A stretch of DNA of 50,319 nt from the NCBI GenBank assembly GCA_043809585.1, contig JBDROZ010000111.1, forward strand, positions 1-50,319, in the 5' to 3' direction. This DNA comes from Candidatus Eiseniibacteriota bacterium. Lineage in GTDB: Bacteria; Orphanbacterota; Orphanbacteria; Orphanbacterales; Orphanbacteraceae. Below are positions 8,444 to 20,176 of the stretch, piece by piece. Every line of letters begins with the position of its first letter. Position 1 is the stretch's first letter. The translations under genes and the position numbers were made by a program. The notes under the pieces are model-generated. The model worked only from the letters and a program-made list of their open reading frames with translations. It did not search any database and had not been told where the DNA came from.

Positions 8444-10363
8444 ATGATGCGATTGCCGATCAGCCGAAGAGTCGGACTCCCCCGAGCGGGGGCGCCCTTT
8501 CCTTTCCTACCCCCTCTCTTCCTCCTGATCGCGATCCTCGGCCCCCGGCCCGCCGCGGCCTACGATCCCCTGACGATCCCCTCCACTCCGGTCCGCCGTC
8601 TCGAGATCGACGGAAACCGTTTCCTCACGGAAGACGATATCCGGGACCGCATGAACCGCACGAAAGGCGGGTTCATCCGTTCCGGCCGGTACCGGCCCCG
8701 CTGGCTGGAGAACGACCTGGAGGAGGTGATTCGATACTACACGAACCTGGGTTTCCTGGACGCCCGTGTCGCCGAGAAGGAGGTCGCTTGGAATCAGGGG
8801 CGGGAGAGCGTGGACATCCGGATCCTCTTCGAGGAGGGGGAGAGAACCCTCGTCGACTCGATCCTCTTCGTGGGGTTGCCGGAATTGAACCGGGACAAGC
8901 TGCGCTCGCGGCTCTCCCTCACCGTCGGTTCTCCTTACAACCGGGAGGCGGTCGGGAGAGAACGCATCCGGGTCTTCGCTTTCCTCGGGGAGCAAGGGTA
9001 CGCGGAGGCGGAAGTCGGCTTCGAGGAGCGGCTCCGGCCCGGCGCGGCCACCCTCGTCTACGTCGTCGACGCGGGGCCGAAAGTGCGAATCGGTCCTGTG
9101 CGGGTCGTGGGCTGCGTGAACACGAGACCCCGGTTCGTCACCCGCGAGCTTCTTCTCCGGGAGGGGGATTGGTACAACCGGCGGAAGCTGCTGGAGAGCC
9201 GGGACCGGGTGTACCGGACCGGTCTCTATTACAACGTGGCCATGACCCTCGAGCCGCTCCGGGAGGGGAACGCGGCGCCCCTCCGCATCGACGTCCGGGA
9301 GAAAGACAACCGCTGGTTCGGCTTTGGCGGCGGCTTCGGCACGGAAGATCTGTTCCGCTTCTCCCTCGACTGGACGAACCGGAACTGGTTTCGGACCGGC
9401 CGCCGCCTCGGTCTCGAAACGGTCTTCTCCGAGCTCCTCGCCGACCGCCCCTTCGAGCAGCGATACGAATTGACGTTCATCGAGCCTTGGATGTTCGGCA
9501 CCCGGACCGCCGGCACCTGGCGGGTCTCCCACGAGCGGATGAACGTGGAGAACTTCGTCATCAAGGAGGAAGACCGGATCGTCGGACGGTACCGGCTCGA
9601 CCAGACGGCGACGAGCTTCACCCTCACCCGGGAGCTCTCGGACATCTTCAAGGCGTGGATCACCTACTCGCTCGAGTGGGCGGACGCGAAGGATCCGTCG
9701 GAACCGGTGGATCCCGATCTGCTCCGTCCGGACGTGACGCGGGCCCTCAGCTTCACCGTCGAGCGGGACGCCCGCGACCACCTCCTCGATCCAACCCGGG
9801 GAAACCGGTTCCACACGTCCCTCGAGTTCGCCGGGAGTTTCCTCGGCGGGGACAACGAGTTTCTGAAGGGCCTCGCGAACGGGGCGGCGTACAAGACCGT
9901 GCTTCCCCGGACGGTGATCGCGGGAAGGCTGCAGGTGGGGGGTATCCGCAAGCTCGCCGGGGACGACGCGCTCCCCGACTACAAGCGATTCCGTCTCGGG
10001 GGCGCCAACACGGTACGGGGCTACCGGGAGCAGACCATCGGACCCTCGGACGTGCAGCTTCTCGCGAACGTGGAGGTTCGGTTCCACATCCTCTGGCGCA
10101 TCGGGGGAGTCCTCTTCCTCGACGGGGGCAACACCTGGAGCTCATGGCGGGAGATCAGGAGCGCCGATTTCCGCCTGCACAAGGACTTGGCCGACACGGA
10201 CATCACCGATTTCCGTTACGGGGCGGGGGGCGGGCTCCGGATCTATACGCCCGTCGGGCCCCTCCGGGTGGACTACGCGCGGAAGCTGAAGCCCCGAATC
10301 AAGGAGACGGGCGAGACCGAGTCGAGGCAGGTGTTCCACTTCAGCATCGGGCAGGCGTTCTGA
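8444..10363 (+). CDS. Omp85-family outer-membrane protein, TamA-like (about 3 POTRA domains + barrel)
   Basis: Signal peptide, POTRA-like repeats (YTNLGFLDARV, LGEQGYAEAEV), barrel motif GGANTVRGY, terminal FHFSIGQAF; adjacent to a TamB-like gene. Start approximate. Confidence 0.85.
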   Translation: MMRLPISRRVGLPRAGAPFPFLPPLFLLIAILGPRPAAAYDPLTIPSTPVRRLEIDGNRFLTEDDIRDRMNRTKGGFIRSGRYRPRWLENDLEEVIRYYTNLGFLDARVAEKEVAWNQGRESVDIRILFEEGERTLVDSILFVGLPELNRDKLRSRLSLTVGSPYNREAVGRERIRVFAFLGEQGYAEAEVGFEERLRPGAATLVYVVDAGPKVRIGPVRVVGCVNTRPRFVTRELLLREGDWYNRRKLLESRDRVYRTGLYYNVAMTLEPLREGNAAPLRIDVREKDNRWFGFGGGFGTEDLFRFSLDWTNRNWFRTGRRLGLETVFSELLADRPFEQRYELTFIEPWMFGTRTAGTWRVSHERMNVENFVIKEEDRIVGRYRLDQTATSFTLTRELSDIFKAWITYSLEWADAKDPSEPVDPDLLRPDVTRALSFTVERDARDHLLDPTRGNRFHTSLEFAGSFLGGDNEFLKGLANGAAYKTVLPRTVIAGRLQVGGIRKLAGDDALPDYKRFRLGGANTVRGYREQTIGPSDVQLLANVEVRFHILWRIGGVLFLDGGNTWSSWREIRSADFRLHKDLADTDITDFRYGAGGGLRIYTPVGPLRVDYARKLKPRIKETGETESRQVFHFSIGQAF

Positions 10364-10364
10364 A

Positions 10365-13300
10365 ATGGCGAAGCGACGGACCGTCATGACGCTCTTTCTC
10401 GGGGGGATTCTCCTGGTTCTCTCCCTCGTGGCGGTCGCCCAGTTCGACCGTCCCCAGGGGAAGCGGGCCGCCCTCGATTGGATGTCCGAGGAGATCGCCC
10501 GCCGGACCGGACTCCGAGTGACCGCCCGGTCTTTCGGAGGTTCGTTCTGGAAAGAGTTGGTCCTCGAGGACGTGAAGGGTGAAACCGAAGACGGAAGGAT
10601 CCGATTCACCGTTCGCCGACTCCACGCCGGGTACCGGGTCGCCGAGTTGATCCGCCCCCCCCGGAGGCTCCGGTTTCTCCTCGCCGAAGATCCCGTGATC
10701 TTCGCGCGAAGGGGCGGGGAGAACGGGGACGGGGACGGCGGAGAGGAGGCGCCCCGATCGACGCCGCTCGTTTCTGTCGACCGGCTCGCCTTGGTGAACG
10801 GGAAGCTGACCGTCGATTCCCTGAGCGCCGTGGACATCGGCCTTCATGCCCGGGTGGAGAGGGAGGAAGGTGGGGGCGCGCCTCGACGTCGACTCCCTCC
10901 GCGGCGTTCTCCGGATCGGCGAAGAGACGTCGTTCGAAACCCTCCTGGAGGGGACGGCCCGGCTCGACGGGAAGGAGGTCCTGTCGGTCTCCGCCCGGGG
11001 TTCCGTGGGAGGGAGCCGGTTCGAGCACGAAGGCGCGTATCGACTCGGCGGACCTCTTCGGGCCGAGGGGGTCCTCCGCCTCACGCCGATCCTCTGGGAA
11101 GATCTTCTCCCCCTCGTCGGGGGGAGGCTCGATCCGGAGGGGTCCCGGGGGGAGATGACTCTCCGATTCGACGGGAGCCGGGATTCCCTCGCCTTCTTCC
11201 TCGAGGGGGAAGGGGAGGCCGGCGGTCTCTCGTTCCGCACCGTGACCGCCTCCGGCGTTCTGCGGGGTGACACATTGCGGTTCGAGGAGTGGAACAGCTC
11301 GGTGAACGGAGCGGCGTTCACCGGGAGCGGGTTCCTCGATCTCGGCGGTCGTGAGAGAAATGTGATCCGCCTCTCCTTCGACCGCGTCGACCTGTCCCGG
11401 TTCCCGGCGAAATACGGCTCCGGCCTCTCGACCGACCTCGGAGGCGTTCTCGACTGGGAAGGCACGGGGCGGGACCTGACCAATCTGGAGGGACGGATCA
11501 CGCTCCGGCTCCGGAACTCCCGCATCGAGAATGTTCTCCTCCGGGAAGTGGAGGTGCGGGGGCGCGCCCTCCGCCAAGGCCTCGCCGTCGAAGCGAGCGT
11601 GATCCGGACGGCCCATTCGGAGCTTCGCTTCTCCGGTTTCGTCGGCCTGGACGGCTCATTCCGGGGGAATGTGGACGGAGAGATCCCTTCGCTCGGCGAG
11701 TTCCGCCAAGCGGCGGGCCTCGATTCCCTCGGCGGGCGGGCGGACGTCTCCGCGGAGGTCGCCGGCACGCCGGACCGGTTCCGGGCCGTGGGCGGGGCGC
11801 TCGTCACCGGCGGCCGGGTCGACCGGGTCCGCTCCCGGGAGGCCATCTTCGACGGCTGGTTCGAGAAGGTCGGCGGCGAGCTTTCGGGAGGATCGAAGAC
11901 GTTCGTCCGGGACGCCTCCGTGGCGGGCGAGCGGGTCGATTCCCTTCGCGTCGAGCTCCGCTTCGAGGACGGCGTTCTCCATCTGGACGACCTCTCGGGA
12001 TGGCGCGGTCCGTGGCGGGTCCAGGCCCGGGGATCGGTTTCCGACGACGGCGCCCGCCGCGCCCTCGCCTTCGAGGACGCCGCCCTCTGGCGGGGTGACT
12101 CGACCTGGGCAAGGCCGGGCCGGGTGCTCTTCTGGGAGGATGAGAAACGGTTTCGTCTCGAGCCGGTTCATTTCGTCTTCGGGGGGGGGCAGGTGTGGGT
12201 GGAGGCACTCCGCGGCGAAGACGGGGTGGTGCGGGCGGCCCTCAAAGTGGAGGACTCCGATCTCGGCGTCCTGTCGTCACGGACCGGACTTCCCCCGGAC
12301 CTCCTCCGTTCCGTGGACCTGGATGTGTCCGCCAGCGGGACCGGAGAGCGGATCGAGGGGACCGTGGTCGTCCATTCCCGACCACCCGGATCGCCGGACC
12401 TCCCCTTCCTCGCCGTCGACGGAGCCGCCCGCTGGGGCGAATCGCGACTCACCGTGGATTCGCTCGTCTTCCGGGGGATGACCGCGGAATCCAGTATCCT
12501 GGTCGGCGGGACCGTGGATCTTCCGGCGTCTTCCGGGGGAGGGATCGGCGCCCTCGTCTTGGAGGCCCGCCGCTTCCCTCTCGAGGACCTCGGATTTCTC
12601 ACGACCCGGCTCGCCGGAGCGGAAGGAGAATTGAACGGTCGGATTTCGATGACCGGCGATCTCGACCACCCGGCGCTCGACGCCTCGTTCACCGTCGAAA
12701 GAGCCCTCGTCCACGGCTATCCCGTCGGAACGGTCCGGGCCGACTCGGTCCGCATCCGCGGCGACAGCCTCTCCTTCGCCGTGCGGTTCGACCCGGAGTG
12801 GGGGAAGGGGAACCGGATCGGCGGTCTGCTCCCGGTCCGGATCGTCCCTCGGGAAAAGGTCTTCGAACTCCCCCCCGAGGGGCCGATGGAGGTGGACTTC
12901 TTCGTCCCGAAAGGGGACTTCGCCTTCCTCGCCCTGCTCACCCGGAGGCTGGATGAGGGGAGCGGCTCGTTCCGGCTCGACGCGAAACTCCGGGGGGACC
13001 GCTCCGACCCGAAATTGGGAGGCGTGTTCGAGCTCGAAAACGGACTCGTCTTTCCCGCGGGGACGGCGGCTTTCTTCGATCGCGTGACCGCTCGGTTCCT
13101 TCTCGACGAAGAGTACGTGACCGTGGTCCGTTTCGAATCCCGTTCCGGGGAGCGGGGACGGCTCAACGCGTGGGGCCGGATCGATCTGGAGAACTTCCGG
13201 CCCGTGACCTACGACGTCCAGTTCAAGGCCAAGGAGTACGACCTCATTCTCGCCGACGGCGTGCAGCTCCGCTTTGACGGCCGGCTCGCCCTCCAGCCGG

Positions 13301-14193
13301 ACACCACGGTCTTCCGGAAGGTGGTCCCCCACTTCTCCGGGGAAGCGGACGCGAAGGCCGCCCTCGTGCAAAGGGAGTTCACCTCCGACGGGGACGGCCT
13401 CAGGACGTCCGTTCTCGATCCGACGAGCGACCCCACCTGGACCTGCGACATCTTCCTCCGGGCGCCGGGCAACTTCTGGATCCGCAACCGGACGTTCGAC
13501 GTGGAGATCGGCGGCGAGGCCCAGGTGCGAAGGTCGACCCAGGGGCTCGGAGCCCTCGGCCAGTTCGACGTGCTCCGCGGGACGTGCTGGATCTACAACA
13601 ACGAGTTCCGTCTCCGGGAGGGGACGGTGGTCTTCACCGATCCCGACGACCTCCGGGACGTGCAGGTCGACGTGACCGCCCACACCGACGTGATCGGCGA
13701 GAGAATCGAGGTGCGCGCCTTCGGCGACGCGGACGACATCCAGCTCGAGCCGACCTCCCAATCGGGCTACTCGGAAGGGGAGATCCTGAGCGCCCTCACC
13801 CTTCGCGCGGCGCCCGAGCAGGACGTGAATTCCGGCCAGGTGCTCTCCTCCTGGTTCACGACGCTCGCGAGCCGCCTCAGCCGCGAGATGACCCGGGGGC
13901 TCGGCGACATCGGGACCATCGAAATCGGGACGAGCGAGGACCTTCCGGAGATCCGCTACGGCAACTACCTTTCCAGCGATCTCTATCTCGGCTTCTCGCA
14001 GAAAGTGGGGATCGGGGAGGAGAGGGCGGATCAGCAGAGGAGCCCGACCACCGAAAACCTGCCCGTGCCGGAGCGGCAGCTTCGGGTCGAGTACCGCCTC
14101 CGCCGTTCCCTCCTCATCCAAGGGGAGGCGGGGACGCTCTCCGACGGCAATCGCTTTCTCAACCTGGACCTGAAGGTCCGGATTCCCTACTGA
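10365..14193 (+). CDS. TamB/AsmA-like translocation and assembly module protein (apparent +1 frameshift near 10872-10876)
   Basis: N-terminal membrane anchor, long beta-rich repeats, DUF490-like C-terminus. ORFs 10365 and 10846 join if one G is removed from a G5 run. Confidence 0.8.
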
Positions 14194-14210
14194 CGGAGGA
14201 GATCGCGGGC

Positions 14211-16421
14211 ATGAGCATCAAGGGACCGGGCTGGAAGGAGGGGCTGAACCGCGACCAGCTCGAAGCGGTCAACCACGAGGAAGGCCCCCTCCTGGTGCTC
14301 GCGGGCGCGGGGAGCGGCAAGACCCGGGTGCTGACGCACCGCTTCGCCCGTCTCGTTCACGCTGCGGGGGTGCCGGCGGCGAATGTCCTCGCCGTCACCT
14401 TCACGAACAAGGCGGCGGGGGAGATGAAGGAGCGTATCGCCGGTCTGGTCGGGCGCCTCCCCTTCCGACTCTGGGTCGGCACCTTCCACTCCATCGGCGT
14501 CCGAATCCTCCGGCAGAGCGCCCCCCTCGCGGGCATCGACCGGGACTTCACGATCTTCGACGCCGACGACCAGAGGAAACTGGTGAAAACGATCTGCCGG
14601 GAGCAGGGTCTCGACCCCTCGGGCGAGCGGGTCGACCGGGTGCTCGGCGAGATCCGCCGGCGGAAGATCAGGGATCTCGGGGGGGAGGGCCGGGAGAGGG
14701 AGGAGGGGCGCGGCGAATCGGAGGGGTCCGCGCTCTTTCCTTACTACCAGTCGGGTCTCCGCCGCATGAACGCTCTCGACTTCGACGATCTCCTCGCCCT
14801 TCCGGTTCGCCTCTTCCGGGAGAGTCCGGAGGCGCTCGCGGCTTACGCGGAGCGGTTCGAGCACGTGCTGGTCGATGAGTACCAGGACACGAACCGGATC
14901 CAGAACGAGATGGTGCGTCTCCTCTCGTCCGCCCACGGAAACGTCTGCGCCGTGGGGGACGACGATCAATCGATCTACGGGTGGCGGGGGGCGGACGTGG
15001 GCAACATCCTCCGATTCGAGGAGAGCTTTCCGGGGGCCCGGGTGGTTCGGCTCGAACAGAATTACCGGAGCACCTCGGTGATTCTCGACGCCGCCCACGG
15101 CGTGATCGAACAGAACCGGGGCCGCCGGGGAAAGAAGCTCTGGACCGAGCGGAAGGGAGGAGAGCTCGTCGGCCTCCTCCGCTTCCGGAGCGAGAGGGAC
15201 GAGGGGCTCGTGCTCGCCCGGGAGATCCAGAGGCTGGTCGATTCCGGGTGCAGCCGGGCGGGAGACGTGGCGGTCTTCTACCGGACCAACGCCCAGTCCC
15301 GGGCCCTGGAGGAGGGGCTCCGGTCCCACGCGGTCCCCTACGTCATCGTGGGGGGCACCCGGTTCTACGAGCGCAAGGAAGTGAAGGACGTCCTCGCCTA
15401 TCTCCGGCTCTTCCAGAATCCGAAGGACGAGATCTCCTTCGACCGGATCTTGAACGTTCCGGCCCGGGGGATCGGCGCGCGCACCCGGGAACGACTCGGG
15501 GAGTTCGCCTCGTCCCGGTCGATCTCCCTCCTCGAGGGGGCGGCCCGGGCGGACGAAATCGAGGGTCTCGGAAGCCGGCCGAAGAGCCTTCTGCGGAACT
15601 TCGCCTCCTTCGTGGAGGGCCGCCGGGCGAGGGTCGCCGGCACCTCTCCCCACGACCTGACCCGGGATCTGGTGGAGGATCTCGAGTTCGTCCGTTTTCT
15701 CGAGGAGCGGGAGGGGGAGAGGGGGGCGCTCCGCGCGGAGAACGTCATGGAGTTCGTCTCCGCCGTGGCGGATTTCGAGTCCCGCCATCCCGACGCCGCG
15801 CTCGCCGACTTCCTCGCCGAGATCTCCCTTCTCACCGACGCGGACTCCCTGGAGGGGGAGAACGACGCGGTCACCCTGATGACCCTCCACAACTCGAAGG
15901 GCCTCGAGTTTCCCCGGGTCTTCATCGCCGGCGTCGAAGAGGGGCTCTTGCCCCACGTCCTCTCGACGATGGACGACGACGGGGTGGAGGAGGAGCGCCG
16001 TCTCTTTTACGTCGGCCTGACGCGGGCGAAAGACCGGGTCGTCCTCTCCTACGCGACGAGCCGGCTCCGGTACGGGGAGATCGCCCCCTCCTCCCCGTCC
16101 CGTTTCCTCGACGAGATCCCGGAGGAACTGATCGAAGAGGATCGCCGGATCTCGAGATTCGCCGGCGCCGCGCTCCGGCGCCCCGCGGCGCCCAAGGGGG
16201 AGGCCTCGGCCGACATCTTCCCGGATTACGAAAACGAGTCTCAGGAGGCGGTGCCGTTCCGCCGGGGCGACCGCATCCGCCACGCCAGCTGGGGGGACGG
16301 CCACGTGACCGTCATCGAAGGGAGCGGCGAAAACACGAAGATCACCGTCGCCTTCGTCCGGGGCTTCACGAAGAAGATCATGGTCCGCTACGCTTCCCTC
16401 GAGCGCCTCGAGTCGGGGTGA
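14211..16421 (+). CDS. pcrA: ATP-dependent DNA helicase PcrA/UvrD
   Basis: LAGAGSGKT, VTFTNKAA, VDEYQDTN, VGDDDQSIYGWRGA, LEQNYRS, HNSKGLEF, EERRLFYVGLTRA, C-terminal Tudor-like domain. Confidence 0.94.
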   Translation: MSIKGPGWKEGLNRDQLEAVNHEEGPLLVLAGAGSGKTRVLTHRFARLVHAAGVPAANVLAVTFTNKAAGEMKERIAGLVGRLPFRLWVGTFHSIGVRILRQSAPLAGIDRDFTIFDADDQRKLVKTICREQGLDPSGERVDRVLGEIRRRKIRDLGGEGREREEGRGESEGSALFPYYQSGLRRMNALDFDDLLALPVRLFRESPEALAAYAERFEHVLVDEYQDTNRIQNEMVRLLSSAHGNVCAVGDDDQSIYGWRGADVGNILRFEESFPGARVVRLEQNYRSTSVILDAAHGVIEQNRGRRGKKLWTERKGGELVGLLRFRSERDEGLVLAREIQRLVDSGCSRAGDVAVFYRTNAQSRALEEGLRSHAVPYVIVGGTRFYERKEVKDVLAYLRLFQNPKDEISFDRILNVPARGIGARTRERLGEFASSRSISLLEGAARADEIEGLGSRPKSLLRNFASFVEGRRARVAGTSPHDLTRDLVEDLEFVRFLEEREGERGALRAENVMEFVSAVADFESRHPDAALADFLAEISLLTDADSLEGENDAVTLMTLHNSKGLEFPRVFIAGVEEGLLPHVLSTMDDDGVEEERRLFYVGLTRAKDRVVLSYATSRLRYGEIAPSSPSRFLDEIPEELIEEDRRISRFAGAALRRPAAPKGEASADIFPDYENESQEAVPFRRGDRIRHASWGDGHVTVIEGSGENTKITVAFVRGFTKKIMVRYASLERLESG

Positions 16422-16450
16422 ACCGGGCCTTTCCGCCACCTCGAAAACAC

Positions 16451-16480
16451 TTGACGAATCGCGCGCGCTGATCGTATATT
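16451..16480 (+). promoter_or_regulatory. Sigma70 promoter of the rib operon
   Basis: TTGACG(16451-16456)-18 bp-TATATT(16475-16480). Confidence 0.7.
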
Positions 16481-16517
16481 AAGTCTTGCGAACAATTTAG
16501 GAGAATTTCTTCGGAAA

Positions 16518-16637
16518 GGTTCTTCGGGGCGGGGTGAAACTCCCCACCGGCGGTGACAGCCCGCGAGCGGAGCGCGACGCGCTCTGCCGACTCGGTGGAA
16601 TTCCGGGGCCGACCGTGAAAGTCGGGATGGGAGAAGG
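16518..16637 (+). ncRNA. FMN riboswitch (RFN element)
   Basis: Hallmark segments TCTTCGGGGCGGGGTGAAACTCCCCACCGGCGGT, AGCCCGCGAGC, CGGTGGAATTCCGGGGCCGAC, AAAGTCGGGATGGGAGAAG upstream of riboflavin genes. Confidence 0.97.
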
Positions 16638-16661
16638 CCTGCCCGGCAGCGGTCTGTTTGG

Positions 16662-16694
16662 ACCCCGCGGGAACCTCTGTCCGCGGGGTTTTTT
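16662..16694 (+). terminator. Intrinsic terminator of the FMN riboswitch expression platform
   Basis: Stem accccgcgg(16662-16670)/ccgcggggt(16681-16689) followed by a T-run. Confidence 0.85.
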
Positions 16695-16698
16695 GTGT

Positions 16699-17813
16699 AT
16701 GAAACGACCGGTCCCGACGAGTCCCCCGATGACTCTCGCCCTCCGCCTCGCGGGCCGCGGGCGCGGAACCACATCCCCCAATCCGATGGTCGGCGCCGTG
16801 GTGGCGAAGGGGGACCGGGTCGTCGGCAGTGGATATCACCGCCGCGCGGGGGGGGGCCCACGCCGAGGTGATCGCCCTGGGCCGCGCGAAAGAGGAAGCC
16901 CGGGGGGCCTCGCTCTTCGTCACCCTCGAACCGTGCTGTCATCACGGGAGGACCGGTCCCTGCACGGAGCGGATTCTCGAGGCGGGGATCTCGGAGGTGG
17001 TGGTGGCCATGGTCGACCCGTTCCCGCCGGTGGCCGGCAAAGGGATCGCCAGGCTCCGGCGGGCGGGGGTACGGGTCCGGGTGGGAGAGGGGGAGGAGGA
17101 GGCGCGCCGCCTGAACGAGGCCTATCTCTTCCGGCTCCGCGAAGGCCGGCCGTGGGTCGACCTGAAACTGGCGGCGACCCTGGACGGCAAGATCGCCGAC
17201 GGGAGCGGGCGCTCCCGATGGATCACGGGGGAGGGGGCCCGCCGGCGGGTGCACGATCTCCGTTGGGGCTCGGACGGAATCCTCGTCGGCGTGGGAACGG
17301 TCCTTCGCGACAATCCCCGACTCACGGCGAGGAAGGGGAACGGGCGCCGGGCGCCGCTCCGGATCGTCCTCGACTCGATGCTCCGAACGCCCCCCGGGGC
17401 GGCGCTGCTCATGGGAGGAGACCCGGAGAGGACGGTCATCGCCTGCCGGAGGGACGCGCCGGCGTCGCGACGAAGAGCGCTCGAACGGGCGGGGGCCGTC
17501 CTCTGGACCGTGCCCGGTCTTCGGGCGGGGGGCGTCTCCCCCACCGCGGTTCTCCGCCGCCTCGCGGGGGCGGGCGTGAACCGTCTCCTGGTGGAAGGGG
17601 GGGGGGGAGGTGGCCGGGGCTTTTCTCGCCCGGGGGCTGGTGGAACGTCTTCACTACTTCATGTCGTCCCGGATCCTCGGATCCGGGAAGGACTCGATCC
17701 GCATCGTTCCCCCCCGGCGTCTCGCGGGCGCCCTCCCCCTCCGGCCCGCCGGGGTGCGCCGGCACGGCGACGACCTCGAGCGGATTCTCGAGCGGGAGAG
17801 GGGGGAGATCTGA
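16699..17813 (+). CDS. ribD: Bifunctional deaminase/reductase RibD (two apparent +1 homopolymer frameshifts)
   Basis: TSPNPMVGAVV, HAEVIAL, TLEPCCHHGRTGPC, KLAATLDGKIA, LLVEGG; frames shift at G9 (16848-16856) and G11 (17597-17607). Confidence 0.93.
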
Positions 17814-17814
17814 C

Positions 17815-18447
17815 ATGTTCACGGGCATCATCGAAGAGGTGGGCCGGATCGCCGCCCGCCGGCAGCGGGGGGAGGCCTTGGAGATCGAGGTGGCGGCGGA
17901 GGTGGTGACCGAGGACCTCGGGCCCGGCGACTCGGTGTCCGTCTCCGGCGTTTGCCTCACCGTGAAGGAGATCGTCCCCGGCGGCTTTCGGGCCGACGTC
18001 GTGAGCGAAACGACGCGCCGGACTTACCTCGGCCGTCTTCGCCCGGGGGACCGGGTGAATCTGGAGAGGGCTCTTCGCGCCGGGGACCGGTTCGGCGGGC
18101 ACATCGTCCAGGGGCACGTCGACGGCGTCGGGGCCGTCGCCGGGCTCCGGCCGGAGGGGGAGGGGAAGACGCTTCTCGCCCGCGTCCCGGGAGACCTGAA
18201 GCCATACGTCGTCGAAAAAGGTTCGGTCGCGCTCGACGGCGTCAGCCTCACCGTGGCGGGCGTCGAGGGGACGACGCTCCGGATCGCCCTGGTGCCGACG
18301 ACCCTGACGAAGACCACGCTCGGCGAAAAGAGGCCGGGCGATCCGCTGCACGTGGAGACGGACGTGATCGGAAAGTACGTGGAGAAAATGACCCGCCGGG
18401 AGGGGAAGGGCCTCGCCGAGTGGCTCCGGGAGAGTGAACATGAGTGA
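17815..18447 (+). CDS. ribE: Riboflavin synthase (alpha chain)
   Basis: MFTGIIEE N-terminus, [37 protein letters not shown]. Confidence 0.96.
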   Translation: MFTGIIEEVGRIAARRQRGEALEIEVAAEVVTEDLGPGDSVSVSGVCLTVKEIVPGGFRADVVSETTRRTYLGRLRPGDRVNLERALRAGDRFGGHIVQGHVDGVGAVAGLRPEGEGKTLLARVPGDLKPYVVEKGSVALDGVSLTVAGVEGTTLRIALVPTTLTKTTLGEKRPGDPLHVETDVIGKYVEKMTRREGKGLAEWLRESEHE

Positions 18448-19690
18448 CCGCACGGATCCGGGACCTTTCGCCACGATCCTCGAGGCGATCGAAGCGATCC
18501 GGGACGGCCGGATGGTGATCGTCGTGGACGACGAGGACCGGGAGAACGAGGGGGACCTGATCATGGCCGCCGAGAGGGTGACGCCCGAGGCGATCAACTT
18601 TCTCACCAAGGAGGCGCGGGGCCTCATCTGCGTTCCTCTCGTCGAGAAGAGGTGCGAGGAGCTCGGTCTCGAGCCGATGGTCAGCAAGAACACCGCCATT
18701 CACGGCACCGCTTTTTCCGTCTCCGTCGACGCCGTACACGGCACGACGACGGGCATCTCCGCCCCCGACCGAGCCGCCACGGTCCTCGCCCTCGTCGACG
18801 AGAGATCCCGGCCCGAGGACCTCGCCCGGCCGGGCCACATCTTCCCCCTCGCCGCGGCGAGCGGCGGCGTGCTCCGGCGGGCGGGGCACACGGAAGCGGC
18901 GGTCGACCTCCCCCGGCTCGCGGGATTGAAACCGGCGGGGATCCTCTGCGAGATCCTGTCGGACGACGGGACCATGGCCAGGGTGCCGGAACTCGCGGTC
19001 CTCGCCGGGCGTCACGGGATCCCGCTCATCACCATCGCCGACCTGATCGAGTACCGCCTCGCGAGCGACGCCCTCGTGAACGAGATCGCCTCCACATCCC
19101 TCCCCTTGGAGGAGGGGAACTTCCGCCTCCGCCTGTTCGAGGACACCGTCGGCCGCCGGCACCACCCGGCCCTCATCCTGGGCAGAGTGGACGACGGCGA
19201 ACCGGTTCTGGTCCGCGTCCATTCCGAGTGCCTGACCGGCGATGTCTTCGGCTCCCGCCGCTGCGACTGCGGGGGCCAGCTTCACGGCGCCCTCGCCCGG
19301 ATCGGCGAGGAGGGGCGGGGTGTGTTCGTCTACATGCGCCAGGAAGGGAGGGGGATCGGCCTCGAGAACAAGGTGCGCGCCTACCACCTGCAGGACGAGG
19401 GTCTCGACACGGTGGAGGCGAACGAGCGCCTCGGCTTCCCGCCGGACCTTCGGAACTACGGCTTCGGCGCCCAGATCCTCAGGGCCCTCGGAGTGCGGAA
19501 GATCCGGCTTCTGACGAACAATCCGAAGAAGATCGTCGGGCTCCAGGCCTACGGTCTCGAGGTGGTGGAGCGCCTCCCCATCGAGGTCGAGCCGAACGAC
19601 ACGAACCGGCGCTACCTGGAAACGAAGAGAGAGAAACTGGGACACTGGCTCGAGCCCCCCGCCGGCCCGGCGAAGCGGAAAGGGGCCTAG
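18440..19690 (+). CDS. ribBA: Bifunctional DHBP synthase / GTP cyclohydrolase II
   Basis: [58 protein letters not shown]. Confidence 0.96.
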   Translation: MSDRTDPGPFATILEAIEAIRDGRMVIVVDDEDRENEGDLIMAAERVTPEAINFLTKEARGLICVPLVEKRCEELGLEPMVSKNTAIHGTAFSVSVDAVHGTTTGISAPDRAATVLALVDERSRPEDLARPGHIFPLAAASGGVLRRAGHTEAAVDLPRLAGLKPAGILCEILSDDGTMARVPELAVLAGRHGIPLITIADLIEYRLASDALVNEIASTSLPLEEGNFRLRLFEDTVGRRHHPALILGRVDDGEPVLVRVHSECLTGDVFGSRRCDCGGQLHGALARIGEEGRGVFVYMRQEGRGIGLENKVRAYHLQDEGLDTVEANERLGFPPDLRNYGFGAQILRALGVRKIRLLTNNPKKIVGLQAYGLEVVERLPIEVEPNDTNRRYLETKREKLGHWLEPPAGPAKRKGA

Positions 19691-19705
19691 AGGAGGAGTA
19701 GGGAG

Positions 19706-20176
19706 ATGGCTTCCACGGTGGAAGGCAAACTGGACGGGACGGGCAAGCGGTTCGGCATCGTCCTCTCGCGGTTCAACGACATGATCGGCCGGCGCCTCCT
19801 GGACGGGGCCCTCGACTGCTTCGTGCGCCACGGGACGCCGGCGGATCGGGTGCGCGTGGTGCGCGTGCCCGGCTCCTTCGAGATCCCCTTCATGGCGAAG
19901 CGGATGGCGGAGAGCGGGAAATTCGACGCCGTGGTCTGCCTCGGCGCCGTGATCCGCGGGGAGACGCCCCACTTCGATTATGTCGCCTCCGAGGTGACGA
20001 AGGGGATCGGGCGGGTCGGCCTGGAGACCGGAGTGCCCGTCATCTTCGGCATCGTCACCGCCGACACGATCGAGCAGGCCGTGGAGCGGGCCGGCGCGAA
20101 GCAGGGGAACCGGGGATGGGACGCCGCCCTCGCCGCCCTCGAGATGGCGAACCTGACCGGGGAGGACTTCGGCTAG
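19706..20176 (+). CDS. ribH: 6,7-dimethyl-8-ribityllumazine synthase
   Basis: [26 protein letters not shown]. Confidence 0.97.
   Translation: MASTVEGKLDGTGKRFGIVLSRFNDMIGRRLLDGALDCFVRHGTPADRVRVVRVPGSFEIPFMAKRMAESGKFDAVVCLGAVIRGETPHFDYVASEVTKGIGRVGLETGVPVIFGIVTADTIEQAVERAGAKQGNRGWDAALAALEMANLTGEDFG

Noticed and set aside
8444-10363. Calling the Omp85 gene bamA because it follows rseP
   Set aside because: It is shorter with about three POTRA domains and is directly followed by a TamB-like gene, so I left it as TamA-like without a symbol
16699-17813. ribD as a pseudogene
   Set aside because: Both breaks are single extra Gs in long G runs, the motifs are intact, and the rest of the operon and riboswitch are intact
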